Shown piece after piece: positions 1 through 11,398 of a stretch of 64,000 nucleotides of DNA. Both the position numbers and the translations under genes were made by a program. Each line of letters starts with the position of its first letter. Position 1 is the stretch's first letter. The DNA comes from Toensbergia leucococca (lineage: Eukaryota), in contig JALDZS010000004.1 of NCBI GenBank assembly GCA_022813965.1, positions 124,001 through 188,000 of the forward strand, given 5' to 3'. Under the pieces are notes generated by a model. That model was not told the DNA's origin. It ran no database searches and saw only the letters and a list, made by a program, of their open reading frames with translations.

Positions 1-283
1 TATCTATTTTTTTTGGTTTTCCTTTTTGAATTTCTGTGTTGAGAGGAGGGGAGAATATATGCGCGGTATTGAGTCCCTCCCCCCCCAAACTGGTTAAACG
101 CCATGGTAAATGCACATTAACTGCAATGTTTCTTTGCCCGCTCTGTTCTTCCGCGCCCCGCCTGCTCGAATGATGACAACAAATGCCGATTCCCCATTTC
201 TCGTTGGATCTGATTTACATCTTTTGCTCCCCCATAGCATCGCTGGCGGTCCTCCCTTGATTTCTTTTTTGGGTGCATAGCAC

Positions 284-735
284 CTAGCCAGGGATTAGGA
301 CTTCGCTCCAGCTGCTGGCGAAGAAGGCGACTGCAACCTGTGTTTGAGCGGAAATGTTAGCAGGGCTCGTGAGCGAAAGCTATCTCTTCAAATGTTTAAG
401 GCTTTCTCTTTCATTCGCTCCTTTTCTGGGATGTTCTCTCTCTTCGCCTCCAAACTCCCCCCACCCCCTCTCTCTCTTCTTTTTCAATACGCTCTCCGAG
501 TCTGAATGAACACTCATACCAGTAACATCCTCGAAGATCGAAAAAGGAGACATCAAAGCCTTTTTTTCTATGAAGCAAAGTGTCGACTCACCCCAAACAT
601 GCCCACAGCTCGAACGACGGCCTGATTCTCCTTTGCAGTGAGGGCTTCGTAGGTGCTCTTAAGGATGGGGGCTGGAGAGTAAGCTGTGGAGGTGACAGCG
701 AGTCTGTTGGACGGAGTTGAGCGCTTAGGCGCCAT
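284..735 (-). CDS. TOM6: Mitochondrial import receptor subunit Tom6 (2 exons: 735-592, 337-284)
   Basis: Manual splice gives 65 aa MAPKRSTPSNRLAVTSTAYSPAPILKSTYEALTAKENQAVVRAVGMFG|VAVAFFASSWSEVLIPG*. The intron is GTGAGT...GCTAAC...CAG. Matches the fungal Tom6 pattern (STY..LT..EN..VVR....FG.AVAF..S.W.E). Absent from the ORF track. Confidence 0.9.
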
Positions 736-2390
736 TTTTTGGGCGGGAGGGAGGGAAGGAGTTTGAGTGAAGGGGGGTGGTGCTTTGGCGAATGCAGGGA
801 TGATGTGCTTATGACCTTGGGAGCTGTGAGATTGACGCCGACAGTAGTGGAAGCTGTAATGATTGCAAAAGGGTGGTGGGATGCGATTCGCGGGCGGTGC
901 TGTTTGTGACAGGTGGTTATGAGATGGACATGAGAAGGTCTTTTTGATTGGGAGTTGAGAAACGAAGTCTTGCGGTAGCAGGAGCTAAAAGCTGATAGAC
1001 TAGAATACTAGGCTGTATTTGGTTAGCGTTATCCAGATTGTTGATGATCTGATGGATGATGCTCGGGAATTGCTGTTTGAGAAGGAGACTCAGATAGCTT
1101 GATTGATGGGAAAGAAGAGATTGGTATCCATTCATTCGATGATGCTAGCATGAGTGAATCTGTCCTGACGAGTTCACTGGGCAGATATTTTCATTTGAGA
1201 CCGACGGAGAAGACGTCTTACTACAAGCCAATCATATTTCCACAGATGCCAAGACCAGCTGAAATAACATACTCTAGCCTCATGTCAGACTCTTGATTTG
1301 TACTCCAGGGCACGAAATGCTAAGGGCAAAGAGATCGCGATATCAGATTAACGTTGCGTGAATGATTCGGAGTCTGTCTGTTTCATGCGCCACTCGAGTT
1401 CCTTTACAATGACACACATAGGACCATATGGCGCTGAGCCATTTGTGTCACAAACATAGAGCATTGTTAATGGTTGAACGCCCGGAGGTCGTGTAGCACA
1501 TATGACCCGCTCACATTGGCTTTGAAACATAGTAACCATGAACGGCACACTCATAGATGAAGGAAAATTCTCAGAAGATAACTGGTCACTGGGATGCTAC
1601 GGTGGTAACGATTGGAAAGGTTCTGATCATTTGATGGCTTTATCTGTATGTTTCTGACGTGAGAGAAAAGGAGTGTGAACGTTCCCAGTACGTGAGAGCT
1701 ATTTGCTTTCAATCAGCGAGAGAATAGATTGTCTATCTCACAATCAGCTACCTTAGCTTCTTAGCCTTGGCCCTAAGGCTAACCCGAGAGTCGGGCTCTT
1801 TGGATTTAATGCTCGTGTTTGATTGTAAGGTAAGGTACCGAGGGTACCTTACCTGACATGCGTGCAAGGACCCTGGCGAGCATCTCGCATAGTTATATTT
1901 GACCCCCTCCGTCGAACGGGCCGCGTGCCAAAGCATTAGAGCAGGATTGATCGACATGGCACTACCGCCTTAGTCTGTCTTCATATTATGTTACTACCGA
2001 CTTCCTTTTGTTGTTCCTTCCTCTTGTACCACAAAGCCATTCTTTGTACTTCCTGTCGGCAACTGCCGAGGAAAAGGTTCTCTGTTCACCTTCATATCCT
2101 CCTCTTGAATGACAGACGTCACGGTTTCGTCTATTCGAAGGCTTGGTAAAGAGTATCTAGGTAGTTGCTCGCAGCCCCTCATTTAGTGTCAGTCACTCGG
2201 TTGAAGGGAAGCTCGTGGGAGGCTGAAAGGAAGGAAGCGTCGGACGTAGAGAAGAAGCTTAGAAGCATCAACGGGAGGAAGTGACGAAAAGAGTCGTGCA
2301 GCCGCGATTCGCTGCTAAGAGCCAGGAATCGGTTGTACAGACCCGCGAGGTGGTATGCATCAGGTTCAGGCAATCTCCATCAATTGGTTT

Positions 2391-2408
2391 TGATCCTCCG
2401 GAGGATCA
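2391..2408. promoter_or_regulatory. Perfect 18-bp palindrome TGATCCTCCGGAGGATCA upstream of the SSU1-like gene
   Basis: Self-reverse-complementary. Lies ~125 bp upstream of a TATA-like ATATAAAG (~2531) and ~215 bp upstream of the ATG. A regulatory role is inferred. Confidence 0.4.
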
Positions 2409-2623
2409 GGCAGAAAGAGGACAGAGTCGTGACAGCTAGCGGGGAACCAATGCTTTACCTCGCCCTGAGGAAATCGCCGTTATTACCGTTGACCGGGAGC
2501 TAGTAAAAAGAATTCATGCCTTCTGATCTGATATAAAGTCTGCCCTTGACTCATTTCTTCGGCCTTCATACCACTTCATCAAATATCCAGCTACTTTACT
2601 ATCTAATCAATCAATCAAACACT

Positions 2624-4203
2624 ATGGATCCATCCGCTGAACCAGGAATTACCGATACCGACCTTGATACCATCCGCCCTCGCTGTACTCGAAATAGCCG
2701 CCCTCACTCGACTTTACACGACCACTCTCACTCGGCTCTCGATGCCCAGTCCAATTCGACTCTCGATGTTGTTGAATCTCCCCCTCTGGTTGAAGAAGAA
2801 ACTAGACAGATGAGTAAGGTCTGCCAGACTGACAATTGTCACAATCATGGATTTCGAAGAATCATTCGGAATTTCACACCCTCGTATGTGTTCCTTGCCT
2901 GAATCACAAGTCACACCTAATCTTCTGCTCTTATAGATGGTTCGCCGTTATCATGGGAACTGGAATCGTGTCCATCCTTCTACATCAATTGCCCTACAAC
3001 GGCGCATGGCTATACTGGCTCTCGGTTATAGTATTTGCCTTGAACACCTTTCTCTTTATTCTATTCACTACCCTCTCCGTTTTGAGGTACTCCCTTTATC
3101 CCGAGATATGGAGAGTCATGATACGACACCCGGCTCAGTCTCTCTTCGTTGGCACTTTTCCCATGGGCCTTGCAACGATAATCAACATGATCGTCTTCGT
3201 TTGCGTACCAGCATGGGGATCTTGGACTGTTACCTTTGTGTGGACATTGTGGTGGATTGATGTAGTCATTTCCGTTGCTACATGCTTCTATCTGCCATTC
3301 ATTATGTACGTAATCCCCTCCAACCTCGTCATAACTATCATATTCTTGACGTCTCGATGCATCCGTCTAATATCACCCTCATTATAGTATGTACGTCCAT
3401 GATAGCAAACTTGCCACCATGACGGCCGCTTGGCTTTTACCCATTGTTTCTACCATCGTTGCGGCCGCTTCTGGTGGTCTAGTAGCTGAGATCTTGCCAA
3501 GTCCCACGCACGCTTTGTGGACACTTACAGTCAGCTATGTGCTCTGGGGTACTGGTGTACCTCTGGCCATGACGGTACTCGCCATGTATTTCCATCGATT
3601 AACGACTTTCCATCTACCTCCGCGAGAGGTTATTGTATCAGTCTTTTTACCACTAGGGCCCCTTGGTCAAGGAGCCTTTGGAATCATGCAACTCGGCAAG
3701 GTTGCAATGAAAACGTTTCCCTCGACAAACACAATCAGCCCAGCTGCCGGGGAAATTTTCTACGCTGTGGGATTCTTGCTTGCTCTGATCATGTGGGGCT
3801 TCGCACTGGTCTGGCTCTTCTTCGCTTTGGCGTCGATTAGCCGGTCCAAATTCCCGTTCAATATGGGTTGGTGGGGATTTACCTTCCCTCTCGGTGTGTT
3901 TACAACCGCTACGAACCAATTTGGTACGGAGATGCCATCTAGATTCTTTGATGTTCTTGGAACTGTAAGATCACTCTCACATCTTCTTCTTAGTACTAGA
4001 AAATTCTCGATACTGACTATTAGTTGGGACGATAGATTTTCTCGGTCGTTATCTTCTTGCTGTGGATCGCAATTGCCTATGGAACTATCAAAAGATCCTT
4101 GACCGGGGAAATGTTCCTGGCACCATGTCTGGGGGATTTAAAGTCAAGACCTCTCAAACCATGTACGAAGGAGGAAGCCGGAAGTGTATGCACGGCAGTG
4201 TGA
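2624..4203 (+). CDS. SSU1: TDT/SLAC1-family sulfite efflux / C4-dicarboxylate (malate) transporter, SSU1/MAE1-like; 4 exons (introns ~2884-2936, 3306-3387, 3965-4035)
   Basis: Motifs NFTPSWFAVIMGTGIVSILL, GTFPMGLATI, AAWLLPIV, SVFLPLGPLGQG, FNMGWWGFTFPLGV and C-terminal APCL. Canonical splice sites join the ORF fragments. Confidence 0.88.
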
Positions 4204-4574
4204 TCACACTGATCGTGTTTGCTAACGTGTACATGTCGGAGACATGTGGTGTCGTTATCTTCTCAAAATTCTAGCAAGCGGCATTCTCTACACCAAGGCC
4301 ATAAGCCTTTTGTAAACAGCATTTAAACGAGGAACGAGGTCGTAGACCACTGATGGCATACTTTGTCGATTAATTGGGTGACGAGGTCTACGAAAAACAG
4401 ACGTTAGAAATTTACATAAAGTCTACAATTTTCACGTCAAGACTTGGTGCTGTTTTCTAAATTGGCATTCCACAGTACGTATGACAAGACTCTTCCAACT
4501 ACCTGAGGACTCCACCTTTTAATAGAGTTTGATTCCGCAGCATTTCATGGAATATGACGATAAGTTCCGCTTGC

Positions 4575-5591
4575 CTATAATTCAGCCATGGCTACGACAG
4601 CGAAATGATGCTCCAGTGCCTTGAGATGCTCAGCACTTGCTATATTGACGCGTTTCCGCGCCTCGAGGCAGTCTTCCCGACCTTCCATTCTCTCAATCTC
4701 GCCCATCATCCTCCTTTCGACATGTCGCTTGAGCCGGAGCATCTCTTTGTTGTTCTCTTGCGATTCGGGCAAAAGGAGACACACTGTGTCGGCTCTGACG
4801 TCCTCAACGAAGGGCCTTAGAAGATCCGAAATGACTTTGTACATTTGAAGCTTCGATCTTCTTTGGTCGAAAAGCCGAGCTTGCTTTCCAAGGTACTCTT
4901 GAAAAGATGCATCAGAGTCGTAAGATGCATCAGAGTTGTTGCTGTCTAGCAATGTTTCATCTACGTCCACTCTCGTTTTGTTGCCTTCTTGGAGGTTTAT
5001 TTCGAGATAACGTAATTTGTGTCTTCGGCGCCGACAAAAAACAGAAGACAGCTCTCTAGCTAAGCTCACTAGGGGTTGTGTTTGCTCGGAAAAGTACTTT
5101 CTGTGGGTATAGATTGTCACACTGAGGTTCTGAATTATTCCCCACGGCAAGCGTTTAGATACTTCGGGGATATGAGAAAGCCGACAGCAATAATGATATA
5201 TTTTACTGAGTACTCTCGGATTAATACCGGTAGGCCAATCGTGTCGGTCGACGACGGCGTGGAAGAAAAGTTTACTGTAGAGAATGTAGGTGGCCTCGTC
5301 ATATATCTGCTTGTTCGTGCGGAGCAGGTTCGAGAGCAATACTGTTGGAGTACGCAGAATTTGAGTTTGGTGACAAGCCATTGACCAAACATGTAGATAC
5401 ACCTGGTTGCGAATCTCTGGCGGAAGGTCCAGGAAAGGAAATGGTTGCGACCGCGAAAACGCTGAGGCATGTCTTTCCCTCGAATCTGGTACGGTACCAC
5501 CTGTTTTCCTCGAGGACCGCGGACGTGAGACCTTAGCACGCTTAGATACAGCAGCTATTTCTTTGCCTAAGGTGCGAAAGGCATTGAACAT
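4575..5591 (-). CDS. Hypothetical protein with N-terminal F-box-like motif
   Basis: 338-aa intact ORF. PFPFLDLPPEIRNQVY and LLRTNKQIYDEATYILY are typical of fungal F-box-like hypothetical proteins. Confidence 0.7.
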   Translation of the reverse strand: MFNAFRTLGKEIAAVSKRAKVSRPRSSRKTGGTVPDSRERHASAFSRSQPFPFLDLPPEIRNQVYLHVWSMACHQTQILRTPTVLLSNLLRTNKQIYDEATYILYSKLFFHAVVDRHDWPTGINPRVLSKIYHYCCRLSHIPEVSKRLPWGIIQNLSVTIYTHRKYFSEQTQPLVSLARELSSVFCRRRRHKLRYLEINLQEGNKTRVDVDETLLDSNNSDASYDSDASFQEYLGKQARLFDQRRSKLQMYKVISDLLRPFVEDVRADTVCLLLPESQENNKEMLRLKRHVERRMMGEIERMEGREDCLEARKRVNIASAEHLKALEHHFAVVAMAEL

Positions 5592-7427
5592 GTCTCCAAG
5601 ATTTGCTCGGAATTCTTTAAAAATTGAGGGCAGATTTTCTTATTTGCAATTTACAAATGACGAATTGATAATTGAAATGGTGGTTAGATTCACATGAGGT
5701 GTTGGCTCCCTTTAACATACGTTACTTAGAGACCTTGGCTATATTCTCATCCAAGACGGTTAACCAGACTCCCACCAGTGTTGGAAACTTTGAATAAGTC
5801 ACATGCAAAATCAAGCCTCCAAAAAAAAAACCAATAGTCTAGCTACCAATCTCTCTATATGAGCTTTCTCTGCACGGGCTTTTCCGCCGCGAGAGTCTGT
5901 CCTTGGGCCCATGATTCTTTTTATTTTCGGGCTCTCTTCATGCCCTACCTACTTACGCCAGAAAATTTCATTTTATTAAGTGCTAGCTACCTACCCATTA
6001 CAAACACAGTCGAGAAGGCTGACAGTCGAAAGCTCCGCGCTCGAGAATTTGCCATCCCATTGAGCTTAGCTTGTGACTTTCTCACAAAGTTTTCTGCTGA
6101 TTTTGATGGTGTTCTCTGAGGAGTAAGAGCTTTCTTTCGCACAGGCATTTCAATGCCGAAGTCACTATACGTTTTGTTACCATTTTTTAGCTGAATCATC
6201 GCAATCAAGGTTCATATCAGATTCATGCTCACCATCTTCTGATTGTTTTACAGTTATTCACTTTCATGACTTAATGATGGTTTGATCAGTGACATCGTTT
6301 TCACACTTTTTCTATCTGATCTATATCTCTTCTTGATCGAAGTGTGTGTATTTGCCACTGAGGCGTTATACTGAATCATAATAACGATTGAACGGTTCAC
6401 CTAATGGCAGATGACTTGAAGGAATTGTTACACTTTCAAAACCGGTGTCAGATGGAGGGGAAGGACGAAAGATTTTGTCAGAATATAAGCACCTTCCTGT
6501 GAACGATTGAAATATTCGCTGACTCACCGATTTGGCATGGCCGTAATACGGGTTGATGGATCGCCTACTTATTTTCGATTCGCCATGGATAAACAATAAG
6601 GATCATAATTGCGTCCAAAATGTGACAGTTGGTGGCAGGATCCGTTACTGGACCAGAACTCGTCTCGATACCTCGAAATTCAAAGACTTGCAATTCCACT
6701 GGTTTCGCGGCTGTTGACAAGTTTGATAAGAGCGGGTATTTTTGTGTCTCTGAGAGCCCTAGAGACTACTTGCGTTTCGAGATAGAAGTGGCCCGTATAT
6801 CGAAAGGGGTGTCTCAAAATATTCATCTTGCCACAAGCATCGTTGAATATTTCACAATCACTGAGGACATTTCTTTCCACCTATGTAGAGCTACGGTCTT
6901 CAGCTTAGACACACACAATTCTCTATCGTAGTCATATGCCTCTAAGAGTCAAGTGTCAAGTATCATTCATACCTAAAGGAGAGCTCTTCTTTAGAGGAAG
7001 CCTTCCTTTCAAAAGCGTTGTTTGGTCAACCTCTACGAACATCAGTAAATTTCTACACTATGTCAGTGACTATCAAATCTTCCAATGATACCTATTAGAA
7101 TATTGAAACAAATGCTCCTTCACTAGTGTCTTAGTCGTTGAAGTTCTTCTTTTTCCGGGTAGACGCAGAGGATGACTTGCCCATCTATTTGGTACTACGG
7201 AGCAGAGAATGAGGGAAAGTGCATGAAAGACTTTTTTTGGTAATTGGAGATAGTGTTGAACACTGAAAGCAGTCGTTGTGCTAGCGCGGGCCTAAGAGTT
7301 CACTACCACGCTAAGGTGTGCAGCCTCGAACATGTTCCAGACCTCGATTCACTAGCTCTAATGCTTTACTACCTTATTTACTACCTTAATTACATCCCTT
7401 CTCACGCACCAAAATGAGCCCTTCACA

Positions 7428-8606
7428 ATGCCTCAACCTACGCGATATCCTCCGCAGACAAGTCGGCAAGTCAAAAAGGCTTACCAGAAAGCCGGAGCTT
7501 CTCCTCGCTTCTCCGACGTCGAACTTCGAAGACTCCAGCGCTCTGCAGAGCTCTCGGAGCGGGCTGACCGGATCAAGGAGAGGGAAAAACAGAAGAAGCT
7601 GAATCAGAAGAAGAAGCTAGAGAGGGAGACCAAGGAGAGAGAGACACGGAGAAGAATGGGCATACCTGAGGTGGTGCAGGGGGGATACATCAGTCCTCGT
7701 CAAATCAGAATGGGGGCATTCCTAGGTGCCGACCACCAGAGCAAGGTATTGGAGGACCGCCCTGATGTCGCAATAGCAGATTTGGAGAGGCAGGTTGATC
7801 GAGATAAGCTTGGCTCTCCAACCTTGGCTGGGGGCGCCGTCCATCGAGAACCCTTGCATCCCACCTCCTCGAACCGTGTGATTTGCCCGAAAAGCCAGAG
7901 AGCAGTATCGCCTAAACTCACGCAGCTTTCTGGAGATGAGGATTGGACAGCTCTCCTCGCGAGTAATTCCCAGATAGAGCGAGAGCTTTCAAGCAATGGA
8001 CTCGTTTTAGCTCCCTCTGCTGCAGCTACGCCAAACCCGCCGCCGCCCACACCAGCAGCCTTGCCAGTGTATGATGCAGCTGACATGGTCGCGTTTGTAT
8101 CAACACAAGATCTAGAGTACTCGGAAGAGCCGTCTCCAACCACTCCAACTGTCGTGAAGCAGACGCTCGACTTTGCAGATGAAGAAATCGAGGACGTAAT
8201 TCTCAAAACAGGAGGAGACGTGTCTAACCCTACTAGCAATCTTGACTTATCGTCGGATTTTGAATTCAATGACAGCGGCTTCACCAATAAGGAACTCGAG
8301 GGAATCGCGAGAGAATTCGAACTGACCTCGGCCAACGAATGTGGCATTTCATACATAAGCAGATCAAACAGTGCTTGTATGACTAAATTACAGACTTTTC
8401 AGCAGAGCACGACTAAAGCTGACTTCGATGAGGGCGACTTTGGGTTAGCGGCCGAGGATCTGGAGGATTTGGAAAAAGTTGTTTGTCAAGAGACTCCAAG
8501 TCGTATCACGAAGCAGCATAAGTCGCCGCGGACCGTGATGAAAGCTCTGTGCAAGCAAGACGAGTTCTTCCTTTCCACGCAGGACTTGCGAGAATTTGAT
8601 GAGTGA
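7428..8606 (+). CDS. Hypothetical protein (basic coiled-coil N-terminus, acidic low-complexity C-terminus)
   Basis: 392-aa uninterrupted ORF with protein-like composition and repeated STQDL motifs. Confidence 0.7.
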   Translation: MPQPTRYPPQTSRQVKKAYQKAGASPRFSDVELRRLQRSAELSERADRIKEREKQKKLNQKKKLERETKERETRRRMGIPEVVQGGYISPRQIRMGAFLGADHQSKVLEDRPDVAIADLERQVDRDKLGSPTLAGGAVHREPLHPTSSNRVICPKSQRAVSPKLTQLSGDEDWTALLASNSQIERELSSNGLVLAPSAAATPNPPPPTPAALPVYDAADMVAFVSTQDLEYSEEPSPTTPTVVKQTLDFADEEIEDVILKTGGDVSNPTSNLDLSSDFEFNDSGFTNKELEGIAREFELTSANECGISYISRSNSACMTKLQTFQQSTTKADFDEGDFGLAAEDLEDLEKVVCQETPSRITKQHKSPRTVMKALCKQDEFFLSTQDLREFDE

Positions 8607-10147
8607 GCATGCTTGTTACTTTCAACTGTTACGATCGCGATGAGTTCTACGGCAAGGAAAGCCATTCAAGTAGAACACCCATGATATAAACATGATGCCA
8701 GCTCCTTCAACACAGCTTCGTAAGGAATTACGAACTTACACGAAAGAAATATCCATGTTGTGGGCAAAGGCTTTGAACTATGAAGAGCGAGGATACGCTG
8801 ATGTGCCTCTCCGACTTTGTCCTGTTTAAACAAAGATCTTCACATTCCTACTAGCACACTTCCTCAAATCGACCTGGTAAACTACTCCCATCCCTCCCCT
8901 CCAAACAAAAGCGTACACCACTAACGCCTTCTAGATACCCTCCAAACCATCATGCTTCCAGAGGCGAGGGAGCGAGTAATCTAGATCTCACCAAGCACTT
9001 CTCCTCCCTTATCCCAGACCCTATATTTGGGAGCGACAAATGCATTGGATATTCAGCATTTTGAGCTAGGGGAGAGTGGGAGTTTTTTTTTTTTTTTTTC
9101 GGCACAGGGTTCGGTTTCAGGAGACTGAGTGGTCCGGTTTGTTCATTGTGTCTCTTCGCTGGAAATCTTTCAAGCTCAACGCAACTTTCCAGCAAAGGAA
9201 CAGATATAAATGGCACCTTCGCCCACTTCAAAATCTCCTCCGCCTCTCTCTCTCCCTCTCCCCCCCCTTCTCCCTCTCCCACCTAGATCCGCCTTTTCCC
9301 CTCCCCACCCCACCCCACCCCACCCTCATCACATCCCCGAGAACCCCCTTGACAGCCTCGCCTACCTGACAACCCAACCATACCTGCCCTCCCTCTTACC
9401 TAAATGATATCAGCAAGATATTCATTCAGCGCATAGTCATCATTTTCCATGTTTGATCCTTTTTCAGCCAGGGCTAGCGCCGGAGAAGAGGGGGCGATGT
9501 GGAAGGGGATATGGGTTGCGATTTGTGATAGATGGATGGATTTCTTGGGAAAAGAAAATCGTCTCTTTTTTTGTGGGAGGGGGGTGGTTGCTTGGTTGAA
9601 TGAATGACCGGTGCTTGATCACATTTGTCACGGTTTCTTTGATGAGAGTTGTGGGCTGTTTGGATGATGGGTGCGAAGGTCGTGCGGTGGGGAAGGGAGC
9701 TGAGGAATTGGGGCTTTTTGAAGTCGTTTTTTTATAGGTTTGTTTGTCGATGGATTGGGATGGTGATGGGAAGGGATGGAGGGAGGGAGGGGCGTTTTGG
9801 TTGGAAATGGCTGGGCTTTTGGAGTCGTGGGTGGGGCTTTGGGTCTTGGTTGGGGTTGAGGGTTGAGGGTGGGTCGTCGTTGGAGGATGGCTCGTTTATC
9901 GTGGGTAGATTGAATTGTTGACTTCCTGGGGATTAAATTCAAGTGGGTTTTTTACCAGGTGATGAAGTGTCTGCTTGAATGAACAATATTTAAATATACG
10001 TAGTAGTCCTATCATCCTCATGTCGTCTAGAATGTTGTATAGGTACCCCAGATTTTCCGAAGTTTTGAGGACATACCGTTCTGATATTACACAGTGCTTT
10101 CAAACGTCAACGCACAATTAAATCCAATCAACTCAAAACGCAACCGC

Positions 10148-11398
10148 TCAATCATTGCTTGTTGTTGGATCCCAGGCGCAAGGAGAGTAGTCCGCCGTCT
10201 CGAGAGATTTCATATCCTCAGGCGTAAGCTCAAAGTCGAAGACTTTGGCGTTTTCTTCGATGCGAGAGTGCGTGACAGACTTGGGTAAGGGTACAAATCC
10301 CTGGTTGATCTCCATTAGCCAATGTCATTTCTAGCCCAAACCGACCAAGTACCTTCTGTAGGCTCCATCTGATCAACACTTGAGCTGGTGTCTTGTTATG
10401 TTTCTTCGCCAACGATTGCAGAATCGGCTCATCAAATCTCTGTCCTCTTATAACCGGACAGTAGGCCTGAGCGATGACTCCGCGTTTTTGACACCAAGTT
10501 ACAATATCCGGCCGTGTAAGCCATGGATGTAACTCCCATTGGCCTACACTAATCTCGCCACCTTTGCCTTTTCCGTTCTGGCTCTCGAGTTCCTTGATGT
10601 AATTTTCTAGTTCGTCGAGATGATGGACCCCATAATTCGAGACACCCAAAGAGCGGATCTGACCAGCTTGTTGTGCTTCTACCAGGGCTCGCCAGGCGCC
10701 ATTCCGGGCTTCTGTGCCGCCATAAGGAGCATGAATTAGATATCTAACGTTCGCAAGTCAATAGACATTCAAGAAAAGTGTCATCTACAGGATATCCCAT
10801 ACAAGTCAATGTAGTCAAGTCCTGTTTGCTTAAAGGTTGATGCAATAGAGGATTTTGTCGACTCATACCCCATTGACCGTGGAGGTACCTTTGAGGTAAA
10901 GAAGATCTCGCTCCGAGGTATCCCAGACTTTTTGATAGCATCAGAGCAGGGACCTTCATTACGGTAGACCCTGGCGGAGTCAACCTATAATTAAATGAGC
11001 ATCGACTTCAAAGTTAACTGATGGAGAATTCACGTGTCGGTATCCTGCCTTGAAAGCATGCAACACTACGTCTTCTGTCACGTCGGCTGGCCTAGAAAGA
11101 CTTCTAGCTTATGGCATGTTTAACCAATATCAGTGGAGCTCACGTCGTGTAAACCTGTTCAGGTGACGATCAGCATTGAATCGAAAGTAAGTACGGCAAA
11201 GAGAGTAAGAGACAGAAAGGATCGAAGTTGCCAAGACTTGGATGAAATTTGAATATGCTGCGGTAAAGGAGAGGCTGGGATATCACATGGGGACGTAAAC
11301 AGCATAGATGACTAGGAAATTCATACCCCAAAGCCCAAGACTGGCATTTCGTGCCCCGATAGCATCTGATATTTTGATTGTAATTTAAGGTTTGCCAT
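10148..11398 (-). CDS. Aldo-keto reductase (multi-exon, includes an 11-nt micro-exon at 11154-11144)
   Basis: Spliced translation includes [73 protein letters not shown], all AKR signature motifs. Confidence 0.92.

Noticed and set aside
4906..4938. 18-bp tandem duplication (SDASY/SDASF) in the F-box-like ORF
   Set aside because: Ordinary in-frame slippage in a low-complexity linker.
9628..9942. Pro-rich and Gly/Trp-rich ORFs on both strands
   Set aside because: By-products of the extreme G/T skew, with no domain signal.
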